In this document: positions 41,743 to 51,663 of the stretch, in pieces
Layout: each line of letters opens with the position of its first letter
Numbering within the stretch: position 1 is the stretch's first letter
From: a virus
Lineage: Duplodnaviria; Caudoviricetes
Length of the DNA stretch: 61,797 nucleotides
Virus record (IMG/VR): IMGVR_UViG_3300033153_006695
Span: 1-61,797 of that record
Direction: 5' to 3' (one strand)
Made by a program: the position numbers and the translations under genes
Notes under the pieces: generated by a model
The model's database searches: none
What the model was told of the DNA's origin: nothing
The model's input: the letters and a program-made list of their open reading frames with translations, nothing else

Positions 41743-43310
41743 TGGTTTCATTCTATCCTAGTTTCATTCCGGTTGTAGGAACGACATACGTCAAAATCAC
41801 AGTAGAGGGTACAGCGTATTCTACTTATTATCAGCTTACCGTAGAAAAGAGTATTGGAGAATATAATGCAACATCTAACTTTAAAGCGACTTTCGATAAT
41901 TTCGTAGGCAATCTAAGCGATTCTTTCAGCCTAAACGATGAAGTAGTAATATACGCAGATATTGGCACAAACCCGCCGACTACTAAACTATTCACTGGTA
42001 TAATAGAAAAGATACACTTCACTGGCAGCGCAGGAAATGAACAGGTAACAATATCCGGCAGAGATTACGGCGCAGTACTTCAGGACATGACAGTACAGCC
42101 AGTGATTTTCAAGGACAAAGACGCAGGAATAATAGCGCGTACAATCGTCCAGAACAACGCAGAAGAGATTGTAACAACAGAAAACATCGACATAACAACC
42201 GGTACTACTATAGACAAAATCGGATTCAATCACAAGAATCTATTTGATTCACTTAAAGAACTAGCAGAACTTGCAGACTATTATTTTTATATCGATAACG
42301 ATAAGATAGTTAATTTTCTAGCTAAAGAGTCAGTACCTTCTTATAGAACTTTCGATAACAAAAGCGTATATAATGGTAATTTCAAAACAGACGACAAAGA
42401 AGTATTCAATAAGGTCTGGGTATATGGCGACAGGATACTTACCGGAAATTTAGAGACATTCGCAGCAGACGGTACAGGGTCTATATTTACTCTTGAAGAT
42501 AAGCCGCATAATACCAGGGTTACTTCACATTCGGTATTAATCCAGCCAGGGGGAATACTCGACATGACAAACCCTGCAACACAAGATTCTAAATTCCTTG
42601 TTGATTTCAATGAAAAGCAAGTTGTGTTTGTATCTGGTACAGCAGCAGGCGAAAATATCCCCGCGTCTGGCGCAACAGGCATAATTTCAATAGAATATGA
42701 CCGGTCTACACCACTTCTAAAATTCAGACAGGACACAGACAGCATAGACGATTATGGTCCTAAAACAAAAATCATCAAAGACGACAACCTAAAAAGCTAC
42801 GATGAAGTAGACGATAGAGCAACAACATTCCTAGCCGATAATAAAGACCCGAAAATACAAGGTACAATCTCTTTGAAAGGTGTAATCAATATAGACCCTG
42901 GTAATACCTGTATTGTAAATCTACCATGGCATAATATAGATCATCAGACTTATACTATTCTGTCTGCGTCCTATTCGTTCAACAAGAACAATAATCTATC
43001 AAACAAAATAATGACTTTGACCTTAAATAAAAAAATAGCTGATTTCACAGATACACTCAAAGAGCAGATGCTAAAGACCAGAAACCTTGAAGTCGGACCT
43101 TTAGAAGGTAATTTCACTAACCTGAAAACAGCTACAAGATACGTAGATGTAGATAGACATTATGAAGTATGGGCTGGCAGTGTAGGTAACAATTTTATAT
43201 TTCATTCACCTAAACATGGATTAATAGAGAGTCCAGACAGCAGGTTAGGTGTAGGTAATTTACAGCAAGGTGTTTTAGGTTCAACACTAATTGCTAGTGG
43301 AGGTTTTTAA
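41742..43310 (+). CDS. tail hub / baseplate protein
   Basis: LFTGIIE, SGRDY, FNKVWVYG, SIDDYG motifs. Confidence 0.75.
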   Translation: MVSFYPSFIPVVGTTYVKITVEGTAYSTYYQLTVEKSIGEYNATSNFKATFDNFVGNLSDSFSLNDEVVIYADIGTNPPTTKLFTGIIEKIHFTGSAGNEQVTISGRDYGAVLQDMTVQPVIFKDKDAGIIARTIVQNNAEEIVTTENIDITTGTTIDKIGFNHKNLFDSLKELAELADYYFYIDNDKIVNFLAKESVPSYRTFDNKSVYNGNFKTDDKEVFNKVWVYGDRILTGNLETFAADGTGSIFTLEDKPHNTRVTSHSVLIQPGGILDMTNPATQDSKFLVDFNEKQVVFVSGTAAGENIPASGATGIISIEYDRSTPLLKFRQDTDSIDDYGPKTKIIKDDNLKSYDEVDDRATTFLADNKDPKIQGTISLKGVINIDPGNTCIVNLPWHNIDHQTYTILSASYSFNKNNNLSNKIMTLTLNKKIADFTDTLKEQMLKTRNLEVGPLEGNFTNLKTATRYVDVDRHYEVWAGSVGNNFIFHSPKHGLIESPDSRLGVGNLQQGVLGSTLIASGGF

Positions 43311-43311
43311 G

Positions 43312-43677
43312 ATGGGACTAACAACTGACGCGTTAAAATCTTTTGCAGGGCTGATGGGTGGTAGCGGCGCGATTCCTAGTCATATTGCCATAGGAACAGG
43401 GTCGAGTACGGTTGTGAGCGGGAATACTGCTTTAGACACAGAAACAGACAGAAATGCAATAACGTCTATAGATTTGACCGTAGCCAAAGATGTAACTTAT
43501 ATCGCAGATTATAGCGCTACAGAACTAAGTGGTACTACAATGCATGAATGGGGGCTATTCAACGCAGCTACAGCCGGCAGTATGTATATGCGGGAAGTGA
43601 TTGGTAGTATCGCATTTCAAGGAGACACAGAAATGCAAATCCAGAACACAATCAGATTCGCTATAAGTGGCACGTAA
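43312..43677 (+). CDS. minor tail protein
   Basis: HIAIGTG, EWGLFNA motif typical of tail-fibre N-terminal domains. Confidence 0.7.
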   Translation: MGLTTDALKSFAGLMGGSGAIPSHIAIGTGSSTVVSGNTALDTETDRNAITSIDLTVAKDVTYIADYSATELSGTTMHEWGLFNAATAGSMYMREVIGSIAFQGDTEMQIQNTIRFAISGT

Positions 43678-43708
43678 AAATATGATTATATGAAAAAAAT
43701 ATTAAAAG

Positions 43709-44368
43709 GTGGTTAAAATTGGAATTTTGCATACGTCGTTTGCTAGTGGAAATATGTTTACTGCAGGTAGTGATTATGGGGACACCGGCACATCAGGGCT
43801 GAATGAATTTGCTAACAGAATTAATGTAGAGTCAGGGATACTAGGCACAGTTTCAGGCGCTTATTATGCTACTTCAGGCGCTTATTATACTACATCAGGC
43901 GCGACAACCGTTATATCTGGCGCTTATTATACCACTTCGGGCGCGATGTTATCACATACGCATAATGGTACGAATAGCGCGGTACTAGGCAGACCGACAC
44001 TATACAAACAAGGCGCTACATTTAGTTTCGGTGAACCGGCAGGTGAAGATTATACAATCGCAAGCGGTACAATCACAACTTTAGGTGGTGGAAGTTTGTT
44101 TATTTCTGCGCACACGTCATTATATTATTCATGGGGAAAAAACACTTCAAATATAAAATTATTATTGGATGACGTAGAAATAAATACATCAACACCATGC
44201 ATTAAAAACAATTATACAAATAATACTACAGATTATCTCGGTACAATGTGGCTTGGCTCTGTAGGTGCTGGTGCGAAAGTAATAAAATTATATTTCACAC
44301 AGACAACATCAGATAATGCAAGCGGCGCATTATATGTACCAACAATTTCATCTTATGAATTAATATAA
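43709..44368 (+). CDS. short tail fibre protein
   Basis: SGAYY repeats, HTHNG motif. Confidence 0.65.
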   Translation: MVKIGILHTSFASGNMFTAGSDYGDTGTSGLNEFANRINVESGILGTVSGAYYATSGAYYTTSGATTVISGAYYTTSGAMLSHTHNGTNSAVLGRPTLYKQGATFSFGEPAGEDYTIASGTITTLGGGSLFISAHTSLYYSWGKNTSNIKLLLDDVEINTSTPCIKNNYTNNTTDYLGTMWLGSVGAGAKVIKLYFTQTTSDNASGALYVPTISSYELI

Positions 44369-44391
44369 TCATTTATCGGAGGCGATATAAA

Positions 44392-44688
44392 ATGATAGAA
44401 CTAGAAGTGATAAAAGCATTTGGAGTATTTGTAGGAGTTGCAGTCTTAAGGTCTGCTGCAGGATGGGCGAACAAAGCACTTGAAGACAACAAAATAACTA
44501 AATTTGAAGTTAAGAAACTCACTCAAACTGTAGTAAGAGTAACCGTTACATCAACAATGCTATTTTTTAGTGTTAGCGGGGTAGGAATACCAATAGACGC
44601 ACTCACAGCAGGCGCAGGAGCATATATATTCGACCTGATTTATAGCGCATATACAAAAAGCAATAAATCTACTTGCAAGAAGAAATAA
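44392..44688 (+). CDS. holin-like membrane protein (putative)
   Basis: 2-3 hydrophobic segments, basic C-terminus, end of late operon. Confidence 0.45.
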   Translation: MIELEVIKAFGVFVGVAVLRSAAGWANKALEDNKITKFEVKKLTQTVVRVTVTSTMLFFSVSGVGIPIDALTAGAGAYIFDLIYSAYTKSNKSTCKKK

Positions 44689-44789
44689 ACCGGTATGCGC
44701 AGACGTTATATAGGATGACGCGCAACAAAACACAGAATATAGACGTTTAGATATACATAAATGACTGAAATAGCATCAAATAATGTACT

Positions 44790-45071
44790 TTGGAGGCGAT
44801 TGAAATTAAGACAGATCCAATAGACAGAATAGAGATGATATTACATAACATATATCCTGCAATAGCAAACGGATATAAAGAAGAACTATGGACGAAAGAC
44901 GAAGCTATAGGTAAGCTGATTACATATAAAGAGAAAGGACATACTTTAGCGCCAGGAATAGAAGATGAAGTCCTGCGTTTAGAGCTTGAAGACAATCTAT
45001 GTTCTGACTTTGACAGGTATCTGGATATGATTGAACTCGAAGCCGGCGATAAATTAAGGATGTATGTCTAA
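44790..45071 (+). CDS. hypothetical protein
   Basis: GGAGGCGAT RBS; probable ATT start at 44805. Confidence 0.55.
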   Translation: MEAIEIKTDPIDRIEMILHNIYPAIANGYKEELWTKDEAIGKLITYKEKGHTLAPGIEDEVLRLELEDNLCSDFDRYLDMIELEAGDKLRMYV

Positions 45072-45472
45072 CTACTAAATTAGTTTTGATTAGTAATAGA
45101 TTAGTACATGTATTTGTACTGCTGATTCTCAATAGTACTGATTTTAGATGAAATTAGTATTTATCCTAGTTCAGGTTACTTATTGCGCATGGAACAACAC
45201 ATATAACGCTGAGGGGTTACTTTCGTGTGGAATATTAGTTTTTGGATTTATACTTTTTGTTTTCGTGGCTCTTGCGCGCGGTTATCCAAAAAAGGGAAGA
45301 TATATAAAGATAGACATTTAATGATTTGTATTAGTTGTAAGTATATTAAATATATAATATAACATATTGTTTCTTTTTTGGTTTTGATTTTCTAAGTTAG
45401 AATGTTCTACAGGATATTAACATGTCTCTCGTAGGGGTTACATTTATATAATTGCGTATTCTATAATATGCT

Positions 45473-45841
45473 ATGAGAACTACAGCACAACAATTAGAAG
45501 CTAATCGTAAATGGAAAGCGAAAAACAAAGACAAAGTAAACGCACAGAAAAGGCGATGGAGAAAGAAAAACCCTGAAAAAGTAAAAGCGCAAAAAGAACG
45601 GTATAATAAGAAGAAATACGGCAAACCTCAAATTACAACCCCTGAATCTTTTTTTGAATCCGAAGAATGGAAAAAAGTAATATCGAAACACATAATACAA
45701 GACTTAGGGAACGCATTAACATACTCAAATTTCATTAAGAGAAAATATGATATGGATATATCTACAACTACTTTGATGAAAAAAGCCAAAGAACTACAAG
45801 ACCTAAAACCTAAAATTACAAGATTGAAACATAAGAAGTGA
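45473..45841 (+). CDS. basic DNA-binding protein, paralog of 46714
   Basis: K/R-rich N-terminus; FFESEEWK...AKELQ. Confidence 0.6.
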   Translation: MRTTAQQLEANRKWKAKNKDKVNAQKRRWRKKNPEKVKAQKERYNKKKYGKPQITTPESFFESEEWKKVISKHIIQDLGNALTYSNFIKRKYDMDISTTTLMKKAKELQDLKPKITRLKHKK

Positions 45842-46470
45842 TACAAATGTTAAACACACTAATAGAAACAACAGCAACAATATTTATACTCTGCTGTGTT
45901 TTTGCAACCTGCGGATATGCGGACTATAACGAATACACACAAAACCAACAACATACAATATTAGTATCCTTAGAATCGACAGTACGCTACGATTCAACAT
46001 CACAATTACAAGAAGATTATACTGCCTATCCGGTAAACATCCAAGATGCGCATTATATCCCGATATTAACACAAAAAGGATACGCATGCGCGCCAACGTC
46101 ATTAAACATGGTAATGCTATATTACGGTGAAAACAGATCACAAGAGTTTTATAACGATTGCGTAAAACTCAACACCGGTCTAAACGGCACATTCCTAAGA
46201 CAATTACAATTATGTCTTGACAGATTAGGATATGACTCTAGATTCTATACCCAGAGAGAATATCCATTAACAGAATTGAAAACAGGAGACATGATTTGGT
46301 ACTATGCTAGAGAAATAGATTATCGAAAAACACATATAAGCGTAATAGATTATGTAGAGAATGAAACAGTAATCATAGCCAATCCCTGGGGCATATATCA
46401 GACGTTTAATATTTCATATCTTGAAAGCAGGACCTTGAAGACAATAACAACAAGAAAAACAGATGATTAA
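45838..46470 (+). CDS. C39-like (papain-fold) cysteine peptidase with signal peptide
   Basis: QKGYACAPTSLNMVMLYYG, H(ISVI), ANPWG. Confidence 0.8.
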   Translation: MIQMLNTLIETTATIFILCCVFATCGYADYNEYTQNQQHTILVSLESTVRYDSTSQLQEDYTAYPVNIQDAHYIPILTQKGYACAPTSLNMVMLYYGENRSQEFYNDCVKLNTGLNGTFLRQLQLCLDRLGYDSRFYTQREYPLTELKTGDMIWYYAREIDYRKTHISVIDYVENETVIIANPWGIYQTFNISYLESRTLKTITTRKTDD

Positions 46471-46695
46471 ATGACAATAATACCTACATGCAATATCTGC
46501 GGTAAGCCATCCATAAAAGAATTATGTATTGATTGCCACAACAAACGCAGAAGTGAAATATACTTTGAAAATCCAATAAATCGTGAACGCAGAATAAATT
46601 ACAAAAGAAACCGATACAAACAAAACAAAGAAACAATACAAAAACAAAACAGAGAATCCAAACGCAGAAGAAAAGAGAGAGCAGCATTAATATAA
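46471..46695 (+). CDS. Zn-finger basic protein
   Basis: CNIC...CIDC. Confidence 0.55.
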   Translation: MTIIPTCNICGKPSIKELCIDCHNKRRSEIYFENPINRERRINYKRNRYKQNKETIQKQNRESKRRRKERAALI

Positions 46696-46713
46696 GCATA
46701 GGAGAGGATAAAC

Positions 46714-47046
46714 ATCATATACAAACTCAACATACCAAGAGAGACAATAGAACAGGCAGAAGACAAAGGACTAAATCTCAACCAAATAGCAACCGATGCT
46801 ATCCTTGAAGCCATGAACAATAAATCTGAAATATCGGACATAAACACATTTTTCGAGTCAGACGAATGGAAGAATAAGATGGCTCCCAGACTACGAGAAG
46901 ATATAAACAAAGCCGTGGCGATGGTGAGACTGATAGAAAACAGATATAACTTAGTTGTGACCGCAACACAAATCATAAAACACGCCAGAGAATTACAGAA
47001 GCCTAACCTACCAAGAGAGAAGATTAAAGGTGTGTTGATACCATGA
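46714..47046 (+). CDS. RHH/CcdA-like domain + FFESDEWK domain protein (extended upstream of the ATG at 46813)
   Basis: Frame open from the GGAGAGG RBS; YKLNIPRETIEQAEDKGLNLNQIA. Confidence 0.55.
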   Translation: MIYKLNIPRETIEQAEDKGLNLNQIATDAILEAMNNKSEISDINTFFESDEWKNKMAPRLREDINKAVAMVRLIENRYNLVVTATQIIKHARELQKPNLPREKIKGVLIP

Positions 47047-47196
47047 AAGTAATTTGCAGCAAAGCAAAAGAATGCCCAGGTGCTTACGTATGCGATCATG
47101 GAGAACCACACGAAAAAACATTATACTGTGAATATAAGTGTGAGGCAAATACAGATTCAGTATGCGTATCGGTAATGTGTATAGCAAGTTAAGGAG

Positions 47197-47886
47197 ATGG
47201 TGAAAATGCAAAAAAGACTAGGAACTAAAAAACACACATATTCTTATGGCGCATACAACAAACACGACAAAACAGAGCAATGGATCAGATTAACAGAAGG
47301 ATGCCCGCATAATTGCCCTTACTGCTACGAACCACAGGAACTAAAAATATTTGATATTCCTGAAATTGTCCGTAATGATGTTAAGATAATGGATATGAAT
47401 ATACTATGCAAACCAGAAGCATTAAATATTATTGAAGAATTAGGAAATAAGCGGGTAAATAATAAAGTGGTGTATTATGAATTTGTATGCGGTATTGATT
47501 ATCGTTTTCTTACTTTGGAACTTGCACAGTCACTAAAAAATAGCAGATTCAATAAAATAAGAATCGCTTGGGATTGGTACTATAAAGATCAACTAAAGAT
47601 AATAGCTGCGCTAAAACTATTATTCAAAGTAGGATACAAACCGGAAAACATTATGATATTTATGATATGCAACTGGAAAATAAAATATTCTGAGTGCTGC
47701 GATAAATTAGACCTATGTAAAATATGGAATGTTCAAGTTGCAGATTGTTATTTTGACAATCAGACCGCTCCCAACATAATACCTATTCACTGGACAGACA
47801 CAGAAATAAAGCAATTCAGAAAGAAATGCAGGAAACATAATCAATTAGTGAACTTTAAGATGGATCCAGAACTAAAACGGAGATGA
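47197..47886 (+). CDS. radical SAM protein
   Basis: GCPHNCPYC. Confidence 0.8.
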   Translation: MVKMQKRLGTKKHTYSYGAYNKHDKTEQWIRLTEGCPHNCPYCYEPQELKIFDIPEIVRNDVKIMDMNILCKPEALNIIEELGNKRVNNKVVYYEFVCGIDYRFLTLELAQSLKNSRFNKIRIAWDWYYKDQLKIIAALKLLFKVGYKPENIMIFMICNWKIKYSECCDKLDLCKIWNVQVADCYFDNQTAPNIIPIHWTDTEIKQFRKKCRKHNQLVNFKMDPELKRR

Positions 47887-47995
47887 TAAAACCAAGAATT
47901 ATAAAATAATAACATGCCCGCCAGGAACAACAGACTGCAATAATTGTAAACATAAACAGGTGTGCAGGCATAGAATAGACTAAGGAGAGGATACT

Positions 47996-48370
47996 ATGGA
48001 AATAAAAAAAACAATAGGAATGATTTGTTTGATTGGACTGATTATAGCAAGCATTTACATGGCTACAACCCAGACAGATAAACAACCCCAAAAATTAATT
48101 GATGATTCTGAATTTGAAGACATAAACATATCAATAATGAATACCTCGAATGACACACTTTGGATAATGCAATATATACCAACGGTTCCTATGTTACATG
48201 TTCGATGTGAACATGATATACTGAACGCAGAAACATACTCTGTATTTTTTTGGGTGGGTGTAGAATGCGCAAGATTAGAAGCAGATTCAAACCCAATGAG
48301 GCTAAACGAGACATACTTCAACTACAGTATGTGCTTTGAAGTCCAGGACATGAAAATAGGTAGGTGTTGA
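47996..48370 (+). CDS. membrane-anchored hypothetical protein
   Basis: N-terminal TM segment; RBS. Confidence 0.6.
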   Translation: MEIKKTIGMICLIGLIIASIYMATTQTDKQPQKLIDDSEFEDINISIMNTSNDTLWIMQYIPTVPMLHVRCEHDILNAETYSVFFWVGVECARLEADSNPMRLNETYFNYSMCFEVQDMKIGRC

Positions 48371-48630
48371 AGATGACCCTGAAATTAATTGTTGTAATTG
48401 CCGTGGTTGTGATTGTGTTAGGATGCACTGACGAAGCGAGTTGGACAGACGGTTTTGATGTGACACGCCTGTATGAAGTGACAGTCTACGGTTCTCAAAA
48501 TACTACTTATGGAACTCCACATCAAAGAAATAGCTTAAAACACCCTAAAATCACACTTCAAACCGAAAGATATATAAAGGTCAATGAACATATAAAGAGT
48601 ATTGGTAGAACAACACCAAAAAAACTTTGA
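48364..48630 (+). CDS. lipoprotein-like hypothetical protein
   Basis: Hydrophobic N-terminus ending VLGC. Confidence 0.45.
   Translation: MLKMTLKLIVVIAVVVIVLGCTDEASWTDGFDVTRLYEVTVYGSQNTTYGTPHQRNSLKHPKITLQTERYIKVNEHIKSIGRTTPKKL
48562..48603 (+). promoter_or_regulatory. repeated archaeal BRE/TATA promoter, copy 1
   Basis: ACCGAAAGATATATAAAGGTCAA.GAACA.ATAAAGAGTATT; 40/42 identical to 50776-50817. Confidence 0.7.
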
Positions 48631-48633
48631 GAG

Positions 48634-48867
48634 ATGATAAAAATGGATGTACAAAAAATATCTGAATTGACTGATATAGAACTTATAACTGAGATGCAAT
48701 TTCAAATGATTGTATCCAAAAAATTTCCAAATAGAAATATTATTCAGACAAGAGAGTTTTTCTTTGATGATTTGAAAACTGAAGGTAAAAATAGAAACAT
48801 ACAATTAACAGACGAACAAAAAAAAGAAATTGGAGATAAAGTAAAAACAATGATTGATTCAATTTGA
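48634..48867 (+). CDS. hypothetical protein
   Basis: ORF after the promoter. Confidence 0.55.
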   Translation: MIKMDVQKISELTDIELITEMQFQMIVSKKFPNRNIIQTREFFFDDLKTEGKNRNIQLTDEQKKEIGDKVKTMIDSI

Positions 48868-48987
48868 GGAAACTTTCCTCGCCATTTTTGCTATTGAAAT
48901 TAGCATTACAAACGGATGGGTGGCGGGGTTTCCATCAAAAACAAAAAGGAGATGAACAAAATGAGCATAAAAGATATGGTAAACAAT

Positions 48988-49529
48988 TCAAACGGCGCAA
49001 TCCACGTAAGATATTATAAAGGGAGTTGCGACGTACACACAAAAGACGAAAGGAGATGAGATTTGAATATGAGTACAAGAGATTCATGTGTGGATTGTGA
49101 TTGTATAATTCATGTAGATAATGAATTTGAAGCTTATGAGGAAGACGGCACAGATGCGCATTGGGATGATTCAAGAAAGAGATGGCAATGTCAATCATGT
49201 AAGAAGTGTAATAAAGCAGTGAGCGTGATATGATATTAAAAAAGGTAAGGTTATTGTAATGGAATCCTGTCTTATTTGTGGTGTGCATGAACCACAATGT
49301 GCAGGGTGCAAAAGATATTTTCGAGATAATCAAACAATATATTGCGATGATGAACCGTATGACTCAAAAGCCACAGGAAAACATTATTGTTTGAAATGTA
49401 AAAGAAAAACAAATCTGAAGCAGTGATTTAAGATGAAACAGCAAAGGTTAGCAACTCAAACGGCGCAATCCACGTAAGATATTATAAAGGGAGTTGCGAC
49501 GTACACACAAAAGACGAAAGGAGATGAGA
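48988..49529 (+). repeat. 74-bp identical direct repeat (48988-49061 and 49456-49529) flanking two Zn-finger microgenes (49069-49233, 49259-49426)
   Basis: Exact duplication ending in the RBS GGAGATGAGA. Confidence 0.92.
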
Positions 49530-49853
49530 ACTATGGAATTATCAATCAATGAAAAACTAGAAGTAAACGAATTCACAAAAAAATACCCGACAATAACAAA
49601 CATATTTACTATTCTTGAACGGAGAATAGATGACATGGATACTGAACTATCAAACCTGAAAGAAGAAGTATCGCAACTAAAACGGTGAATCTTATGACCA
49701 CAGAAAACAAAAAAGATGGAATGGTGGGTGTATTAGAAGCACTCGAAAAAACAGGAAAACTCGACGAGATAAAACAAGCAATAAGAAACGAGCGAATAGA
49801 GAGAGACATGAGAACACTAAAAAGACACAGGAGATAAAAGGAGGAGATAAGAC

Positions 49854-50150
49854 ATGAAAGGAAAACTATTAGGACAAAGAGAGCACCCATTAAACCTGGA
49901 GATTTTCAACAAACAATACAGAATCCAGCTACGAAAAAGAGGCATACACCCAAGCATAGCAGACAGTGAACATTATACGGAATATCTGAACTCAGGAAAG
50001 CGGGTAGATATGAACGTAGAAAAAATGAAATACGAAGCTAAAAAAGCAGCAGAATCAGAAACCAGAAGAATACAAGACTTATGCCCGTCATTGATCCCAG
50101 ACGTAGCAAAATATACACGCGAATTCGTGGACAGAGTTGAGAGAATATGA
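49854..50150 (+). CDS. hypothetical protein
   Basis: GGAGGAG RBS. Confidence 0.55.
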   Translation: MKGKLLGQREHPLNLEIFNKQYRIQLRKRGIHPSIADSEHYTEYLNSGKRVDMNVEKMKYEAKKAAESETRRIQDLCPSLIPDVAKYTREFVDRVERI

Positions 50151-50332
50151 ATATACTCGACTGGCTAAAAAACAACAAGAACCATGCCGTACTTTGGCAA
50201 TGCACAAACTGCGACTCATTCAAAGCAACACCAGAAAACCTATGTTGTTGCGACAAACCACATTCAAAATCAGTAAAACGAAAACTATACTCTGAACACG
50301 ACATAAAAATAGCACTAAAGAAATGTAAATGA
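50147..50332 (+). CDS. small Cys-rich protein
   Basis: CTNC, CCC. Confidence 0.5.
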   Translation: MNILDWLKNNKNHAVLWQCTNCDSFKATPENLCCCDKPHSKSVKRKLYSEHDIKIALKKCK

Positions 50333-50354
50333 ATCACAGAAAGAGGTTTGAATC

Positions 50355-50573
50355 ATGGTAATCATGACAGTGAAAACAGACAAAGATATAAGCGTTGAAG
50401 GAATGCGTAATTTCGTAGATTCACTTTTGATTGAGAGTAATTGGATTGTGTTTGTGGATACAATAGAAATCAATGGTAAATTATATTATAATGTCAAAAA
50501 GGATGGTAAGAAATATTCAGAATCACTGAGATTATCGAAGAAAGGAGATGAGATTCAAACAAAAGGAGAGTGA
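50355..50573 (+). CDS. hypothetical protein
   Basis: GAGG RBS. Confidence 0.5.
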   Translation: MVIMTVKTDKDISVEGMRNFVDSLLIESNWIVFVDTIEINGKLYYNVKKDGKKYSESLRLSKKGDEIQTKGE

Positions 50574-50578
50574 TAACA

Positions 50579-50707
50579 GTGAAAGAAAAAATAGAAGAAC
50601 TAAAAACAATAATAGAAGAATTGTCGCAACAAAAAGAAGAATACAACAAAGCTCAAACAAAGCTCATGAAGCTTTTATTGAGCAACATAACAAAGTTGAT
50701 AACATAG
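50579..50707 (+). CDS. small coiled-coil protein (GTG start; not the frame given in the ORF track)
   Basis: GGAGAGTGAT RBS; KEKIEELKTIIEELSQQ. Confidence 0.5.
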   Translation: MKEKIEELKTIIEELSQQKEEYNKAQTKLMKLLLSNITKLIT

Positions 50708-50775
50708 AATTTGTAGAATTTTCAGAAACAGCAACCGCAACAATCCCTATGAAATTGTGAGGTATTGATATATTG

Positions 50776-50817
50776 ACCGAAAGATATATAAAGGTCAACG
50801 AACAAATAAAGAGTATT
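50776..50817 (+). promoter_or_regulatory. repeated archaeal BRE/TATA promoter, copy 2
   Basis: See 48562-48603. Confidence 0.7.
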
Positions 50818-50933
50818 CAAATACATACATTACACGATCCGGTGACTCACAATAACTAACCCCTATTGTGAGCCGCCACTAACAATTAAAACTGATATAA
50901 AATCCATTAAAACAAGGATAAAGATTAAGGAGA

Positions 50934-51449
50934 GTGAAAAACATGGAATATGAAAACAGCGGAGTAGTAGAATCAGTAACACCAAAAAGCGGATTTCAGA
51001 GCATAAAATTTAAAAATCGCTGTGAATTTTTCTCTAACTGGCTTAACAAGGGAAAATCAAACGAACACAAATCACTAAGCAAAGGAGACATAATTGATTA
51101 CAATTTTGAAACAAAAGGAAAGTATCACAACATAACGAACTTCCATATAGTAATATCTACAAACAAATCCACAAGCAGTCCAGAACCAAGTTTTGATAAA
51201 GCAGATACCGTAAAAGACAAAGAAACAGACTCTATAAAGTCGAAAATAAAAGAAATAACAATCAGTAGAGGACAGACCAGACAGTTCACCCAGTTCGAGC
51301 CTACTAATTTTCATGTAAGCGCAAAAGCAGAATACAACCCAGAAGACAACCCCGAGAAAGTATGCGCAATACTAACTAATATTGTTGAAACAGAGCTTGC
51401 ACTACAAATACTAAATGAGACGGAGAGGCGCAAAGAACATGAGTCTTAA
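50934..51449 (+). CDS. OB-fold (SSB-like) protein
   Basis: GVVESV...KGDIIDYNFETKGKYHNI OB-like pattern. Confidence 0.45.
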   Translation: MKNMEYENSGVVESVTPKSGFQSIKFKNRCEFFSNWLNKGKSNEHKSLSKGDIIDYNFETKGKYHNITNFHIVISTNKSTSSPEPSFDKADTVKDKETDSIKSKIKEITISRGQTRQFTQFEPTNFHVSAKAEYNPEDNPEKVCAILTNIVETELALQILNETERRKEHES

Positions 51450-51663
51450 ACGCCTAAAACACATCACAGAAATAATAGAAAACGCAGAAGAACCTATGAC
51501 GAAAGCAGACATAGACGCAGAATACAAAACACAGACAAAAAAGAACTTGTGCTATAGTACGCGTAATGAATGCATAGAATATCTACTGAAAGAAAAGAAA
51601 ATAAAAACCGTAAATATGAAAATCTACAACAGAGACAGAACAGGCTATGTTTGGGTGAAGTAG
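51439..51663 (+). CDS. winged-helix protein
   Basis: PMTKADI...CIEYLLKEKKIK. Confidence 0.55.
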   Translation: MSLKRLKHITEIIENAEEPMTKADIDAEYKTQTKKNLCYSTRNECIEYLLKEKKIKTVNMKIYNRDRTGYVWVK

